Source of the DNA: Streptosporangiales bacterium
GTDB lineage: Bacteria; Actinomycetota; Actinomycetes; Streptosporangiales; WHST01
NCBI GenBank assembly: GCA_036378185.1
Contig: DASUWX010000012.1
Location: 2,890-66,889 of the forward strand
DNA length: 64,000 bases
Reading direction: 5' to 3'
The notes beneath the pieces are model-generated. The model was not told where the DNA came from, searched no databases, and worked only from the letters and a program-made list of their open reading frames with translations. Of the stretch, positions 1-9,259 are shown piece after piece. Within the stretch, counting starts at the first letter, position 1; each line of letters opens with the position of its first letter. The position numbers and the translations under genes are program-made.

Positions 1-1452
1 GTGACGGTCGTGCCGACGCCGGGTCACACGCCCGGTTCGGTGTCCTATCTCGTCGACACCGGTGGCGGGCGCCTGGCGTTCACCGGTGACCTGGTCTACG
101 GGCCGGGCAAGGTCTGGTCGCTCGCCGCGATGCAGTGGACCTACTCGGGGCTCGAGGGCGCGGGCGCCACCGTGCTGTCCCTGCGCGACCTGCTGGAGCG
201 CCGGCCCACGCTCGTCCTGCCGTCGCACGGGGAGCCGATCGACGACCCGATGCCGGCGTTCGCGTCGCTGGAACGCAGGCTGCGGCGGCTGATCGACAGC
301 CGGCGCGACCGTCCGTGGAACGTCGACCGGCTCTGGGACGACCCGTTCGTGCCGTTGAGCCCGCACCTGCTGCGCAACATGACGAGCCACGCCACGACCT
401 ACGTGCTGCTCTCCGACTCCGGCGGCGCGCTGGTGCTCGACTACGGCTTCGACATGATCACCGGGTTCCCGCCGCCCACGGCCGACCGGGCGGCGAGGCG
501 TCCGTGGCTCCCGTCACTACGGGCGTTGAAACGAGACCACGGGGTCGACCGGGTCGAAGTCGCGATCCCGACGCACTACCACGACGACCACGTGGCGGCG
601 TTCAACCTGCTCCGTGACACCGAGGGCACGCAGGTGTGGGCGGAACGGTCGATCGCCCGGATCCTGCGGGAACCCCGCAGGTACGACCTGCCGTGTCTGT
701 GGCGCGACCCGATCGCGGTCGAGCGCGAGCTGTCGCCCGGCGAACGCGTCCGGTGGCACGAGTACGAGCTCACCGTGTACCCGTTGCCCGGGCACACGCT
801 GTACGCCGTCGCCATCGCGTTCGACGTGGACGGCAGGCGGGTGGTCGCGACCGGCGACCAGCAGGACGGCGCGTGGGAGCCCGGCGTGCACACGGAGATC
901 CTGAACTTCCAGTACCAGAACAGGTTCCGCATCTACGACTTCGTCAGGAGCGCGGCGCTGTACCGGGAGCTGCGGCCGGACCTCATGATCAGCGGTCACT
1001 GGGCGCCGCGCGAGGTCGACGACGCGTACCTCGACATGCTCGCCGAGAAGGGCAGGGAGCTCGCCGACATCCACCGGGCGCTGCTGCCGCTGGACGACGT
1101 CGACTTCGACGCCGAGGGTGTCGGTGCGCGGATCGAGCCGTACCAGGCGACGGTGGCCGCCGGCGCTTCGGTGCGCTACGACGTCGAGGTCGTCAACCCG
1201 TTCGGGCACGACGAGACGGCCCGCGTCGAGTTGGTGGTGCCGCCAGGCTGGACGGCGGTGCCACCGCGTGCGTCGGTCGAGCTGGCCCCGCACGCCAGGG
1301 GCGTCGTGCACTTCGACGTGACGGCGGCGGGCCCCGCCGTCCGGCGGGTACGGATCGCGGCAGACCTGACCGTCGGCAACCGGCGGTTCGGGCAGCACGC
1401 CGAGGCGCTGGTGGACGTGGCCGGTGCCGGAAGCGACGAGGAGGGCGGATGA
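1..1452 (+). CDS. MBL-fold metallo-hydrolase with tandem MBL repeats and a beta-sandwich-like C-terminal tail (5' end probably outside window)
   Basis: ORF is open from base 1. First repeat remnants: PGHTPGS, TGD, PSHGEP. Second repeat: THYHDDH (HxHxDH), LPGHT, ATGD, SGHW. Stop 1450-1452 overlaps the next ATG (ATGA). Confidence 0.8.
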   Translation: MTVVPTPGHTPGSVSYLVDTGGGRLAFTGDLVYGPGKVWSLAAMQWTYSGLEGAGATVLSLRDLLERRPTLVLPSHGEPIDDPMPAFASLERRLRRLIDSRRDRPWNVDRLWDDPFVPLSPHLLRNMTSHATTYVLLSDSGGALVLDYGFDMITGFPPPTADRAARRPWLPSLRALKRDHGVDRVEVAIPTHYHDDHVAAFNLLRDTEGTQVWAERSIARILREPRRYDLPCLWRDPIAVERELSPGERVRWHEYELTVYPLPGHTLYAVAIAFDVDGRRVVATGDQQDGAWEPGVHTEILNFQYQNRFRIYDFVRSAALYRELRPDLMISGHWAPREVDDAYLDMLAEKGRELADIHRALLPLDDVDFDAEGVGARIEPYQATVAAGASVRYDVEVVNPFGHDETARVELVVPPGWTAVPPRASVELAPHARGVVHFDVTAAGPAVRRVRIAADLTVGNRRFGQHAEALVDVAGAGSDEEGG

Positions 1453-3212
1453 ACCCGACCGACGACCAGACGCTGAGCATGACGACGGCCGCGTACCGGT
1501 TGCGAGTCGACCCGGTGCGGGCCGTCGCCGACGTGCGGGGTGCCGACGGCCGGTTGTGGTTCCGGTTGCGGTTGCTGGGATCCCTGGACACGCTCGACGG
1601 GCCGGACGAGACGGTGGGCGACGTCGCGGTCAGCGGCCGCGGCGACGGTGACGGGCTGCTCGTCGAGGTGCGCTGCCGCAGCAGTCGGTGGACCGAGCGG
1701 ACGACGTACCTGCGCTGCACGGAGACGCGGCTCGAGCACTGGACGGTGGTACGGGGCGAGGGCCGGGTCCTCTCGGCCCAGCTGTTCGGCGGACGCCGCC
1801 TCCCGCGAGGCGCTCTGCCCAGCGGGTCCGGGCTGCACACCGTCGTGTCACCGAATCCGGACCATCCACGGCGGGTCGCGCGGTCGGCCGTGGAGCCGGC
1901 CGTCATCGGCGTCGTCGGCGAGGGCAGCGAACCCGGCGTCGGGCACTGGTTGTTCACGCCCGCACCGTGGTGTTACGCCGTCTGCCGGGAGCCCGCGGCG
2001 AACGACGTCGACCCGCCGGACGGCGAGTGGGCCGTGGTCGGCCTGCTCGCACCGGTCGCGGAGCAGACCTTCACCGCGTTCCACTACGACCCGGTGACCG
2101 ACGGATTCTCGCTGCGCCTCGAGTACGAGGGACACACCACCGTGGCGGGCGAGTTCCGCACGCCCACCGTCGTCGTCGACTTCGGCCACACCGACCCGTA
2201 CGACGCCTTCGCCGCGCACACGGCGCTGCTGCGGGAACGCGGGCTGCTGCCCGAGCCGCACGAGACGCTCGACCGCTGGATGCAGCCGCTGTTCTGCGGC
2301 TGGGGTGCGCAGAACTGGCTGGCCGTGGAGCGCCGCGGGTCCGCCCCGCAGTACGCCACGGAGCAGGCGTACGACGAGTTCCTCGCCCGGCTCACCGACA
2401 ACGGCGTCCTGCCGGGCACCGTCGTGGTGGACGACAAGTGGCAGGAGCAGTACGCCACCTGCCGTCCGGACCCGCGGAAGTGGCCGGACCTGCGGCGCTG
2501 GATCGCCCGGCGGCACCGGTCCGGCCAATCGGTGCTGTTGTGGTGGAAGGCGTGGGACCCCGAAGGCGCGCCGCGGGACGCGTGCGTGTGCACACCCGAC
2601 GGCGAGCCCGTCGCGCTCGACCCCGAGTCACCGTCCGGCCGGGCGTTGGTCGAGGACGCGGTGCGCTACATGCTCGCCCCCGAGGGGCTCGACGCCGACG
2701 GCTTCAAGGTCGACTTCACCGCACGCACGCCGAGTGGCGTCGGGCTGACGCACGCCGGGCCGTCATGGGGTGCGGCCCTGTTGCACCGGCTCCTTGCGGT
2801 CGTCTACGACACGGCCAAGGCGGTCAAGCCGTCGGCCTGCATCATCACGCACGCGGCGAACCCGGCGTTCGCGGACGTGACGGACCTGATCCGGCTGAAC
2901 GACGTGCTCATGCTCGACGCGCCGGAACCGTGGACGGCCGTCGCGCCGCACATGAGCTACCGTGCCGAGGTCGTCCGCGCGGCGTGCCCGGGCGTCCCGA
3001 TCGACACCGACGGCTGGATGATGCCGGGTCGCGTCGCGTGGCTGGAGTGGACGCGGCGCCAGCCCGGCATAGGCGTTCCCGCGCTGTACTACGTGACGCA
3101 CGTCGACCATTCCGGTGAGCCGCTGCTGCCCGAGGACCTGGCCGAGGTCGCGCGCCTCTGGGCGGAGTACCGGAAGAAGCACGACCTGCCCATGCCGCTC
3201 GGCTACAGCTGA
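1449..3212 (+). CDS. Hypothetical cytoplasmic protein with a TIM-barrel glycosidase-like C-terminal region
   Basis: ATG 1449 is in frame with ORF 636..3212, whose upstream part is an Arg/Gly-rich shadow. CGWGAQNW, VVVDDKWQ, LLWWKAWDPEG and DGFKVDF resemble melibiase-type barrels. Family assignment is by eye only. Confidence 0.6.
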   Translation: MNPTDDQTLSMTTAAYRLRVDPVRAVADVRGADGRLWFRLRLLGSLDTLDGPDETVGDVAVSGRGDGDGLLVEVRCRSSRWTERTTYLRCTETRLEHWTVVRGEGRVLSAQLFGGRRLPRGALPSGSGLHTVVSPNPDHPRRVARSAVEPAVIGVVGEGSEPGVGHWLFTPAPWCYAVCREPAANDVDPPDGEWAVVGLLAPVAEQTFTAFHYDPVTDGFSLRLEYEGHTTVAGEFRTPTVVVDFGHTDPYDAFAAHTALLRERGLLPEPHETLDRWMQPLFCGWGAQNWLAVERRGSAPQYATEQAYDEFLARLTDNGVLPGTVVVDDKWQEQYATCRPDPRKWPDLRRWIARRHRSGQSVLLWWKAWDPEGAPRDACVCTPDGEPVALDPESPSGRALVEDAVRYMLAPEGLDADGFKVDFTARTPSGVGLTHAGPSWGAALLHRLLAVVYDTAKAVKPSACIITHAANPAFADVTDLIRLNDVLMLDAPEPWTAVAPHMSYRAEVVRAACPGVPIDTDGWMMPGRVAWLEWTRRQPGIGVPALYYVTHVDHSGEPLLPEDLAEVARLWAEYRKKHDLPMPLGYS

Positions 3213-3226
3213 CGGAGGCCGGCGGG

Positions 3227-4069
3227 TCAGACCAGCCCGAGCAGCCGCCGGTAGCTGTCGAGCCGCAGGCTCCGTCCCTTGAGCCGGGACGTCTCCGCGG
3301 CGTCGAGCAGGCCACGCCCGGGCGCGTACGAGGCGCCGCCGTGCGGCCCGAGCGGCAGCGATATCGCCTCGGGCGCGGGCCGGTACGTGCGCAGCGCGGT
3401 GCCACCCCGGCTCAGCCTCGTGATGTTGGCCGCCACGACGTCGGCGTGAATGCCCGCGGACTTGGCCATCTTGGCCTCGGGAACCGCGGTGACGTCACCG
3501 ACGGCGAACACGCGGTCGTGTCCGCGCAGGCGTAGCTCAGGTGTGACGGCCAGCTGGCCGGACGGCTCCCGGGCGCCCGCGAGGTCGGTCGCCAGGAAGC
3601 CGGAGACGGGAGTGACGCCGTAGCACCGGAACCAGATGTCGGCGGCGACCTCGACCCCCGCGGTCGTCGAGAGGGTGAACGACTTCGGCTCCCCGGGATC
3701 GGACGGCGGTTCCTCGCGCAGCGGTGCTCCGAGGACGAGCTCGACGCCCATCGCGGCCAGCTGTGCGCGGATCTCCGCGCGCAGCTCCGGCGGGAACCGG
3801 CCGGAGAGCACGTCGGCGTTGCGGTCGAGGAGCGTCACCCGCTTGTCCGGCCAGGCAGCCGTCATCTCGCCGGCGAGCTCCAGGCCGACCGGGCCCGCGC
3901 CGAGCAGCAGGACCCGGGTCGCGTCGGCGAGCGCGGCCCGGGTCTCGTGGAGCCGGGCCCTGACGGCGTCGCTGTCGACGGCCTCGAACTTGGCGGGGAA
4001 CGGATACGTCGATCCGGTCGCGATGACGGTGTAGTCGGCCGAGATCCGCTCGCCCGAGCCGACCGTCAC
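3227..4069 (-). pseudogene. NAD(P)/FAD-dependent oxidoreductase (AIF/FSP1-like), apparently 5'-truncated
   Basis: The second Rossmann motif LLLGAGPVGLELAGEM and C-terminal VFAVGDV are present. The N-terminal FAD-binding GxGxxG segment (roughly 90 aa) is missing. The reading frame is closed by TGA just upstream of GTG 4069. Confidence 0.5.
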
Positions 4070-4104
4070 GGCCGCGGAGTCCGCTCGTACGGCGGGCCTT
4101 CAGC

Positions 4105-4266
4105 GTGACGTTGACCACCGAGGGCACACGGCTCGCCCATCGCGTGCACAACGCGGTCGTCAAGCGGCTGGCGGAGACGCTGGACGGTGTCAGCGCGGCG
4201 GATGAGGAGCGGTTGACGTCGCTCCTCACCCGCTTCACCCACTCCCAGGGCCACCGAGGCGCCTAG
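4105..4266 (+). pseudogene. MarR-family regulator, C-terminal fragment only
   Basis: The 53-aa frame VTLTTEGTRLAHRVHNAVVKRLAETLDGVSAADEERLTSLLTRF looks like the wing/C-terminal helix of MarR proteins. There is no winged-HTH N-terminal part and no RBS. Confidence 0.4.
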
Positions 4267-4276
4267 ACTCTCCTGC

Positions 4277-5341
4277 ATGCCCGGCCGGTCGAACAGCGCG
4301 CCGCCGCCGCAGCTGCGGCGTGCGACGATCGCCGACGTCGCGAAGGCGGCCGGCGTCTCGCCGTCCACGGCCTCCCGGGCGCTGAACGGCAGCGGGTACG
4401 CGGCGAAGCACGTCCGCGAGCAGGTGCGTGCCGCGGCGGAGCAGATCGGGTACGTGCCCGACGCGAACGCCCGCACCCTGCGGCAGCGCACCAGCCGGTC
4501 CGTCGGCGTCGTGATCTCGGACCTGCGCAACCCGTTCTACGCCGACCTCGCCGCCGGCGCTGAGCAACGGCTGCGCGAGGCCGGGTACTCGATGACGCTC
4601 GTGAGCGACAACGGTCTCGAGGACGAGGAACTGCGCGCGGTTCAGACGTTCGTGGCACTGCGCGTCCCCGGCGTGATCGTCACGCCGACCTCCGGCCGTG
4701 CGCTGAACGCGCTGCGGCGGCACGGCGTGCACGTCGTGCAGGCCGACCGCGTCGTCGGGCGGCCGCGCAGCGACGCGGTCCTCAGCGGCAACGAGGCGGG
4801 CGCGCGGGAGCTGACCCGGCACCTGCTCGAGCTGGGGCACCGGCGGATCGCGTTGCTGATCGACGAGACCAAGTGGACGACCGGCGCGGGTCGGCTCGCC
4901 GGCTACCGTGCGGCGCACGAGGAGCTGGGCGTGCCGGTCGACGACGAGCTGACGGCGTACGCGAGCTTCGACGTGGAGCAGGCACGGGTCGCGGCGGCGC
5001 GGCTGATCGACGCACACCGCGATCTCACCGCGCTGTTCGCGGCGAACAACGTCCTGGCACAGGCGGTCGTGCAGGAGGTGCAACAGCGCGGGTTGCGCGT
5101 CCCCGAGGACATCTCGATCGCGGCGTACGACGACGTGCCGTGGATGTCGATGGTGCGGCCCGGGCTCACCACCGTGTCGCAGCACACGGTCGAGATGGGC
5201 CGCAGGTGCGCGGACCTGCTGCTGGACCGGATGTCGGGCGACGCCGTCGGCGCGAGAGCGCGCACCGTCCACCTCGAGCCGGAGCTCAAGGTGCGCGGCT
5301 CGACCGGCAAGCCGCGTCGCGCCAAGCGTCTCCCGTCCTGA
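4277..5341 (+). CDS. LacI-family transcriptional regulator
   Basis: N-terminal HTH ATIADVAKAAGVSPSTASRALNG...YVPDANARTLR, followed by a periplasmic-binding-protein-like sugar domain (VGVVISDLRNPFYADL, AYDDVPW). Confidence 0.9.
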   Translation: MPGRSNSAPPPQLRRATIADVAKAAGVSPSTASRALNGSGYAAKHVREQVRAAAEQIGYVPDANARTLRQRTSRSVGVVISDLRNPFYADLAAGAEQRLREAGYSMTLVSDNGLEDEELRAVQTFVALRVPGVIVTPTSGRALNALRRHGVHVVQADRVVGRPRSDAVLSGNEAGARELTRHLLELGHRRIALLIDETKWTTGAGRLAGYRAAHEELGVPVDDELTAYASFDVEQARVAAARLIDAHRDLTALFAANNVLAQAVVQEVQQRGLRVPEDISIAAYDDVPWMSMVRPGLTTVSQHTVEMGRRCADLLLDRMSGDAVGARARTVHLEPELKVRGSTGKPRRAKRLPS

Positions 5342-5381
5342 CGCTGGAACCGGTGAGTTGAGTGGCGGTGGCCAGACGCGG

Positions 5382-5972
5382 TCATGTTGTTCCCTCTGTG
5401 TGCACTGTTCCCTTGTCGAGCAGCCCTCGGGCGCGCATCACGGCGTCGGTGTAGTCAGTGGCGTCCAGGTCGTCGAGCAGGTCGAGGTCGTCGAGCACGG
5501 CGCGGACGGCGCCGAGCGCGGCGTCCAGCTCGTTGGGCTCGGCGATGGTCTCCACCTCCAGAAAGGTGCCGTGCAGCTCGGGCACGGTGACAAGGGTCGC
5601 GAGCATGTCGCGACCGTGTACGCGGAATCGGTAGTTGCGGCAGTGCTTGGTCAGCTCGACGAGCACGGTCAGCCCGAGCCCGCGCAGCATCACGTCGACC
5701 GGCCGATCGTCGTCTACGGCGGTCTCGTGCTCCGGTTTCGACCCGCTGCCGGTGTCGGCGGGCGGTTCCTTGTAGGTGAGCAGCGTGCGCCGTCCGGCGT
5801 CGGTCTCGACGACGCGCACCCGTAGTTCCCAACCGCCATTGGTAAGCCGGCGATCAGGCCAGTCGTAGTAGGTGTCCGCGTAGGTAGCGGCTTCCTCGTC
5901 GGCGAGGCCGGCGAGCCGGGCGCGGACGGTATCGGGCGCATGCACGCGGGCTTTCAGCTCGGCTTCAATCAC
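5382..5972 (-). CDS. CYTH-domain protein (class IV adenylate cyclase / triphosphate tunnel metalloenzyme-like)
   Basis: N-terminal ExExK signature (MIEAELKAR), ELRVR and EVE strands, and a size of 196 aa are typical of CyaB/CYTH. Confidence 0.75.
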   Translation of the reverse strand: MIEAELKARVHAPDTVRARLAGLADEEAATYADTYYDWPDRRLTNGGWELRVRVVETDAGRRTLLTYKEPPADTGSGSKPEHETAVDDDRPVDVMLRGLGLTVLVELTKHCRNYRFRVHGRDMLATLVTVPELHGTFLEVETIAEPNELDAALGAVRAVLDDLDLLDDLDATDYTDAVMRARGLLDKGTVHTEGTT

Positions 5973-6136
5973 GCTCGTAAGCCTCGCAGAGCGTGCGTGT
6001 CGGGCGCACGCTGCCGACCATGCGTAGCGCCCGGTCGCCCCGTCGCATGGCTCGTGGGACTGCCATGAGCTATCAGGAACGGCAGACGCGGCACTGTCAT
6101 CCTGACCGGCTAGCGAAGCCGTGGCCTCGGGGCAGC

Positions 6137-6988
6137 TCAGACGACCCGCTCAGCGGTCACCCACTGGTCATCGAACGCCCGGAGGAAGCCGGCGTGCAGG
6201 ACGCTCACGGGCGCGGCGGCGAGCTTGTAGACGGCGCTGTGGTGCCCTTCGGCGGCGTCGGCGAACGCGGAGAGGTAGACAGTGCCGTCGACCCGGATCG
6301 TCCGCCATGTCGGCAGCGTCGTGTACGTCGCGGCCGCGAGGGTGACGCCGGGCTCGTCGGCGAGGTCGCGCAGCCGCGCGATGGCGAGCCGGATACCGGC
6401 GCTGAACGACTCGGGTGATTCGCCGATCTCGGTTGCGCGGCGCGCGGCGGTCTCGGCGTCCGGGTCGAGTAGCAGCACCCGAACGGTTACCGGCTTGGAC
6501 GGGTCCGCCGTCAACGGCTCGCGCAGTAGCGAGTCGTTGAGACCGATCAGCCCAAGTGCACGGACGGCGAGCAGGTCGACGACGCTCGCGGCGCGTACGG
6601 CGTCGCGTATGTCTGACGCGGCAGTCGACTGCGAGGCGAACACGCGGGCGATCTCGGCCCGGCCGGCCTGCGACGCCGCGTCGGCGGATTCGACCCGGCG
6701 GGGCGCGAGCCCGAGCAGCATGCGGGCGTCGTCTGGCATGCCGAGCCCGTCCGCGAGCCGTTCGAACACGTCTAAGCGGGTGATCTCCCGGCGCCCGTTG
6801 ATGACCTCGTTGAGCCGACCCTGCCCGATGCCGCAGGCGACGGCGAGTCGAGCCTGAGACGCACCGGCGTACTGCTGAGCGAACCGCAGCACGGCGGCGA
6901 CGTCGCGGGCGGCGAGCGCCTTGCGCACGTCGGGGCGCTGCCACGCCCACGCGGGCAGCTCGACGGGTGCGTGCAACGGTGCTGTCAT
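6137..6988 (-). CDS. XRE-family HTH regulator with a ~170-aa C-terminal domain of unknown function
   Basis: HTH ASQARLAVACGIGQGRLNEVINGRREI. The C-terminal part (VRVLLLDPD...TIRVDGTVYLSAF) has no motif I can name. Confidence 0.8.
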   Translation of the reverse strand: MTAPLHAPVELPAWAWQRPDVRKALAARDVAAVLRFAQQYAGASQARLAVACGIGQGRLNEVINGRREITRLDVFERLADGLGMPDDARMLLGLAPRRVESADAASQAGRAEIARVFASQSTAASDIRDAVRAASVVDLLAVRALGLIGLNDSLLREPLTADPSKPVTVRVLLLDPDAETAARRATEIGESPESFSAGIRLAIARLRDLADEPGVTLAAATYTTLPTWRTIRVDGTVYLSAFADAAEGHHSAVYKLAAAPVSVLHAGFLRAFDDQWVTAERVV

Positions 6989-7018
6989 CTCATAGCGAGA
7001 TTACCTCTCACCGTGAGA
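6987..7018. promoter_or_regulatory. Paired inverted repeats at the XRE gene start (operator candidate)
   Basis: ATCTC-N5-GAGAT (6987-7001) and TCTCAC-C-GTGAGA (7006-7018), with repeated GAGAT(T)ACC. They overlap the annotated XRE start codon at 6986-6988. Confidence 0.35.
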
Positions 7019-7068
7019 TACCCACGACGGGATCGGCATACCGTGGACGTTCCGGCATCGTCGAGCGC

Positions 7069-7317
7069 GTGCGAACCAACGGGGAACCGTCTGCGCGCAG
7101 GTCGCCGTACGACCTGCCCTGGCACAAGGTCGACGACCTGAACGCGGCACAGGTTGCTGCGATGCAGTCACTCGACGACGCCCGCCGCGCCGGGCTCGTC
7201 GCCTACGAAGACGCGCAGGTGATCGAGCGCGTGATCCGGGACGGGCACCCGCACGGCGCGCGGAAGCGGTTGACGGAAGCGAAGCGTAGGAACGGGAGCG
7301 GGAATGGCGCACGGTGA
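7069..7317 (+). CDS. Small hypothetical protein (82 aa), start uncertain
   Basis: High-GC3 frame divergent from the XRE gene with a GTG start and no clear RBS. No recognisable domain. Confidence 0.3.
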   Translation: MRTNGEPSARRSPYDLPWHKVDDLNAAQVAAMQSLDDARRAGLVAYEDAQVIERVIRDGHPHGARKRLTEAKRRNGSGNGAR

Positions 7318-7483
7318 CCTTGTGGCGCGTCTCGCGTGGCTTGGCGAGCATGACCGCGCGGCGCTGGTCGAGCTGTTGCGCACACTCGACCGCGACCTGC
7401 TGCGGATCGCGCTTGGACCGGCGTGCCCGTACTCGGCTGCCCCGACTGAGCCCGGTCACGCCCACACTCTCGGCAAGGGATGA
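7304..7483 (+). CDS. Small hypothetical protein (59 aa)
   Basis: ATG 7304 overlaps the end of the previous small ORF. GC3 bias is moderate and there is no domain, so this is a weak call. Confidence 0.2.
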   Translation: MAHGDLVARLAWLGEHDRAALVELLRTLDRDLLRIALGPACPYSAAPTEPGHAHTLGKG

Positions 7484-8338
7484 GGACCCTCCGGCATTGC
7501 CGAGACGGGAGCGTGGCGGCGAGCGTATGCCGTCGCGCTCCCAACCGCTCACACCGCGCATGGCCCTGCGCGGGGTGTAGCGCCTCGGCGGCGCAGGCGC
7601 GTACTTCTCGATCCGTGCGTCGGGCGAGGTGCGCGGCCGTACCGTCCCAGTCATGACGAGCGTCCGATGCCCACGGGGCGGGCACCCTGCGCCGCCGCTG
7701 GCGACGACCGGTCGTGGCATGCCGAAGCTCGCTGAATGCCCGTTGTGCGGCAGCAAGGTCCCGGTGGTGGGTGGGCTGCTGGTGCAGCATCTGGCGAGGT
7801 GGCCATTCCCGGGACGGGTGCGACCGCGCCCTTAGGCGCCCTGGTGCGCGGCTACGGGCGTGCGGTCAGTGCGACACTCCCAGTCGTGCCCGGATAACCA
7901 TTCTCGACGCCTCGACCCCCGCCGCCCACGGGACTCGCTCGTCGGTGGCGTCCGGCCGGTCCTCGGCGCGGTACGTCAGTAGCGCCTCGTCGACCACGGT
8001 GAGCATGGCGAGCCGGCGACGCCGCCATTCCCGCGCCCACGCAGTCGGTAGCAACTCGATGCCGGGCTCGGTGGCGCAGCCCTGTTGTGCGGTACGCCAC
8101 TGTTGCCGGCCGTCCCCGCGGTCACCTGGCGGTCGTACGCGCATTTCGTCCCGCCGGTCGAGACGACGCAGGAACGTGTCGTGCGTGGCCTCTCACCGCC
8201 ATCGACGATCTGCTGCTCGGCTCGCCACCGAGTGCCCGCATTGTGCCCCCGAAGGCACTTCCGGCAGGTCAGTGCGTCGCAGGCTTCACCCCACTGTGCC
8301 GGTGTGAGGGGCGCCCTCAGCGGTCACGGGCGGTCCTG

Positions 8339-9259
8339 TCAACCCTTGCGTGCCTGGGTCGCGACGCCGCTGACGAAGTAGCGCTGGCCGAAGGCGAACA
8401 ACACCAGCAACGGCAGCGTCACGAGCAACGAGGCCACCATCACGTACTGGTAGTCGCCCTGGCCGCCCGCGGTGGGACTGTACTTCGTCATCGCGTACGC
8501 GATCCCCAGCGGAACCGTGTAGTTGTCGACACTGCCGGCGTTCAGGTAGATGAGGCTGCCCATCAGGTTGTTCCAGCTCGCCTGGAACTCGAACAGGAAC
8601 ACGATGATGAAGGAGGGCTTGATCAGCGGCATGGCGATGCGCCAGAACGCCTGCCAGTAGCTGGCGCCGTCGATCCGCGCCGCCTCGAACAGCTCGCCCG
8701 GCAGGCCGAGGAAGAACTGCCGCTGCAGGAAGATGTAGAACGCCGAGCCGAACAGGTTGGTGCCGAACAGCGGCACCCAGGTGCCGACCAGGCCGAAGGA
8801 CTTCCAGATGAGGTAGGTCGGGATCATGGTGACCGACGTGGGCAGCATCATCGTCCCGAGCACGAGCGCGAACAGCACGCCGCGGCCGGGGAACCGGAAG
8901 CGGGCGAACCCGTACGCCACCATCGAACTCGACACGGCGACGAGACCGGCCGCCAGGAACGCGATCGCCACGCTGTTCAACAGCCAGTGCAGCACCGGCA
9001 GTTCGTGCCAGACCTGCGCCCAGTTGCTGAGCTGGAACGTCCGCGGGATCAGCCGGTTGTCGAACACCTGCGTCTTCGGCTTGAAGCTTGCCGCGAGCAG
9101 CCAGAAGAACGGGTACATGAACAGCAGCGCGAAGGCGACGAGCACGAGGTTGACGACGATGCGCACGATCCTGCGGCCGACGCCGCGTGCGGTGTCACCC
9201 CTGCCCGGGAGCGGGGGAGCCGGCTCGGCCGTCGGCTCGAGCACGTCGGCCCTGGCCAT
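8339..9259 (-). CDS. Carbohydrate ABC transporter permease (MalG/CUT1-type)
   Basis: Multi-span membrane protein with EAA loop FEAARIDGASYWQAFWRIAMPL. ATG 9257-9259 overlaps the upstream stop (ATGA). Confidence 0.9.
   Translation of the reverse strand: MARADVLEPTAEPAPPLPGRGDTARGVGRRIVRIVVNLVLVAFALLFMYPFFWLLAASFKPKTQVFDNRLIPRTFQLSNWAQVWHELPVLHWLLNSVAIAFLAAGLVAVSSSMVAYGFARFRFPGRGVLFALVLGTMMLPTSVTMIPTYLIWKSFGLVGTWVPLFGTNLFGSAFYIFLQRQFFLGLPGELFEAARIDGASYWQAFWRIAMPLIKPSFIIVFLFEFQASWNNLMGSLIYLNAGSVDNYTVPLGIAYAMTKYSPTAGGQGDYQYVMVASLLVTLPLLVLFAFGQRYFVSGVATQARKG

Noticed and set aside
7629-7835. Small plus-strand ORF with CPLC (possible zinc ribbon).
   Set aside because: It has a single CxxC only and a Pro/Arg/Gly-rich remainder, with no RBS and poor GC3 pattern.
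7866-8144. 92-aa minus-strand ORF (LLPTAWAREWRRRRLAMLTVVDEALLTYRAED...), considered as a toxin-antitoxin or recombinase relic.
   Set aside because: It has no recognisable catalytic or DNA-binding motif and no RBS, and it sits in a region where several frames are open. It is kept only as part of the uncallable-region finding.
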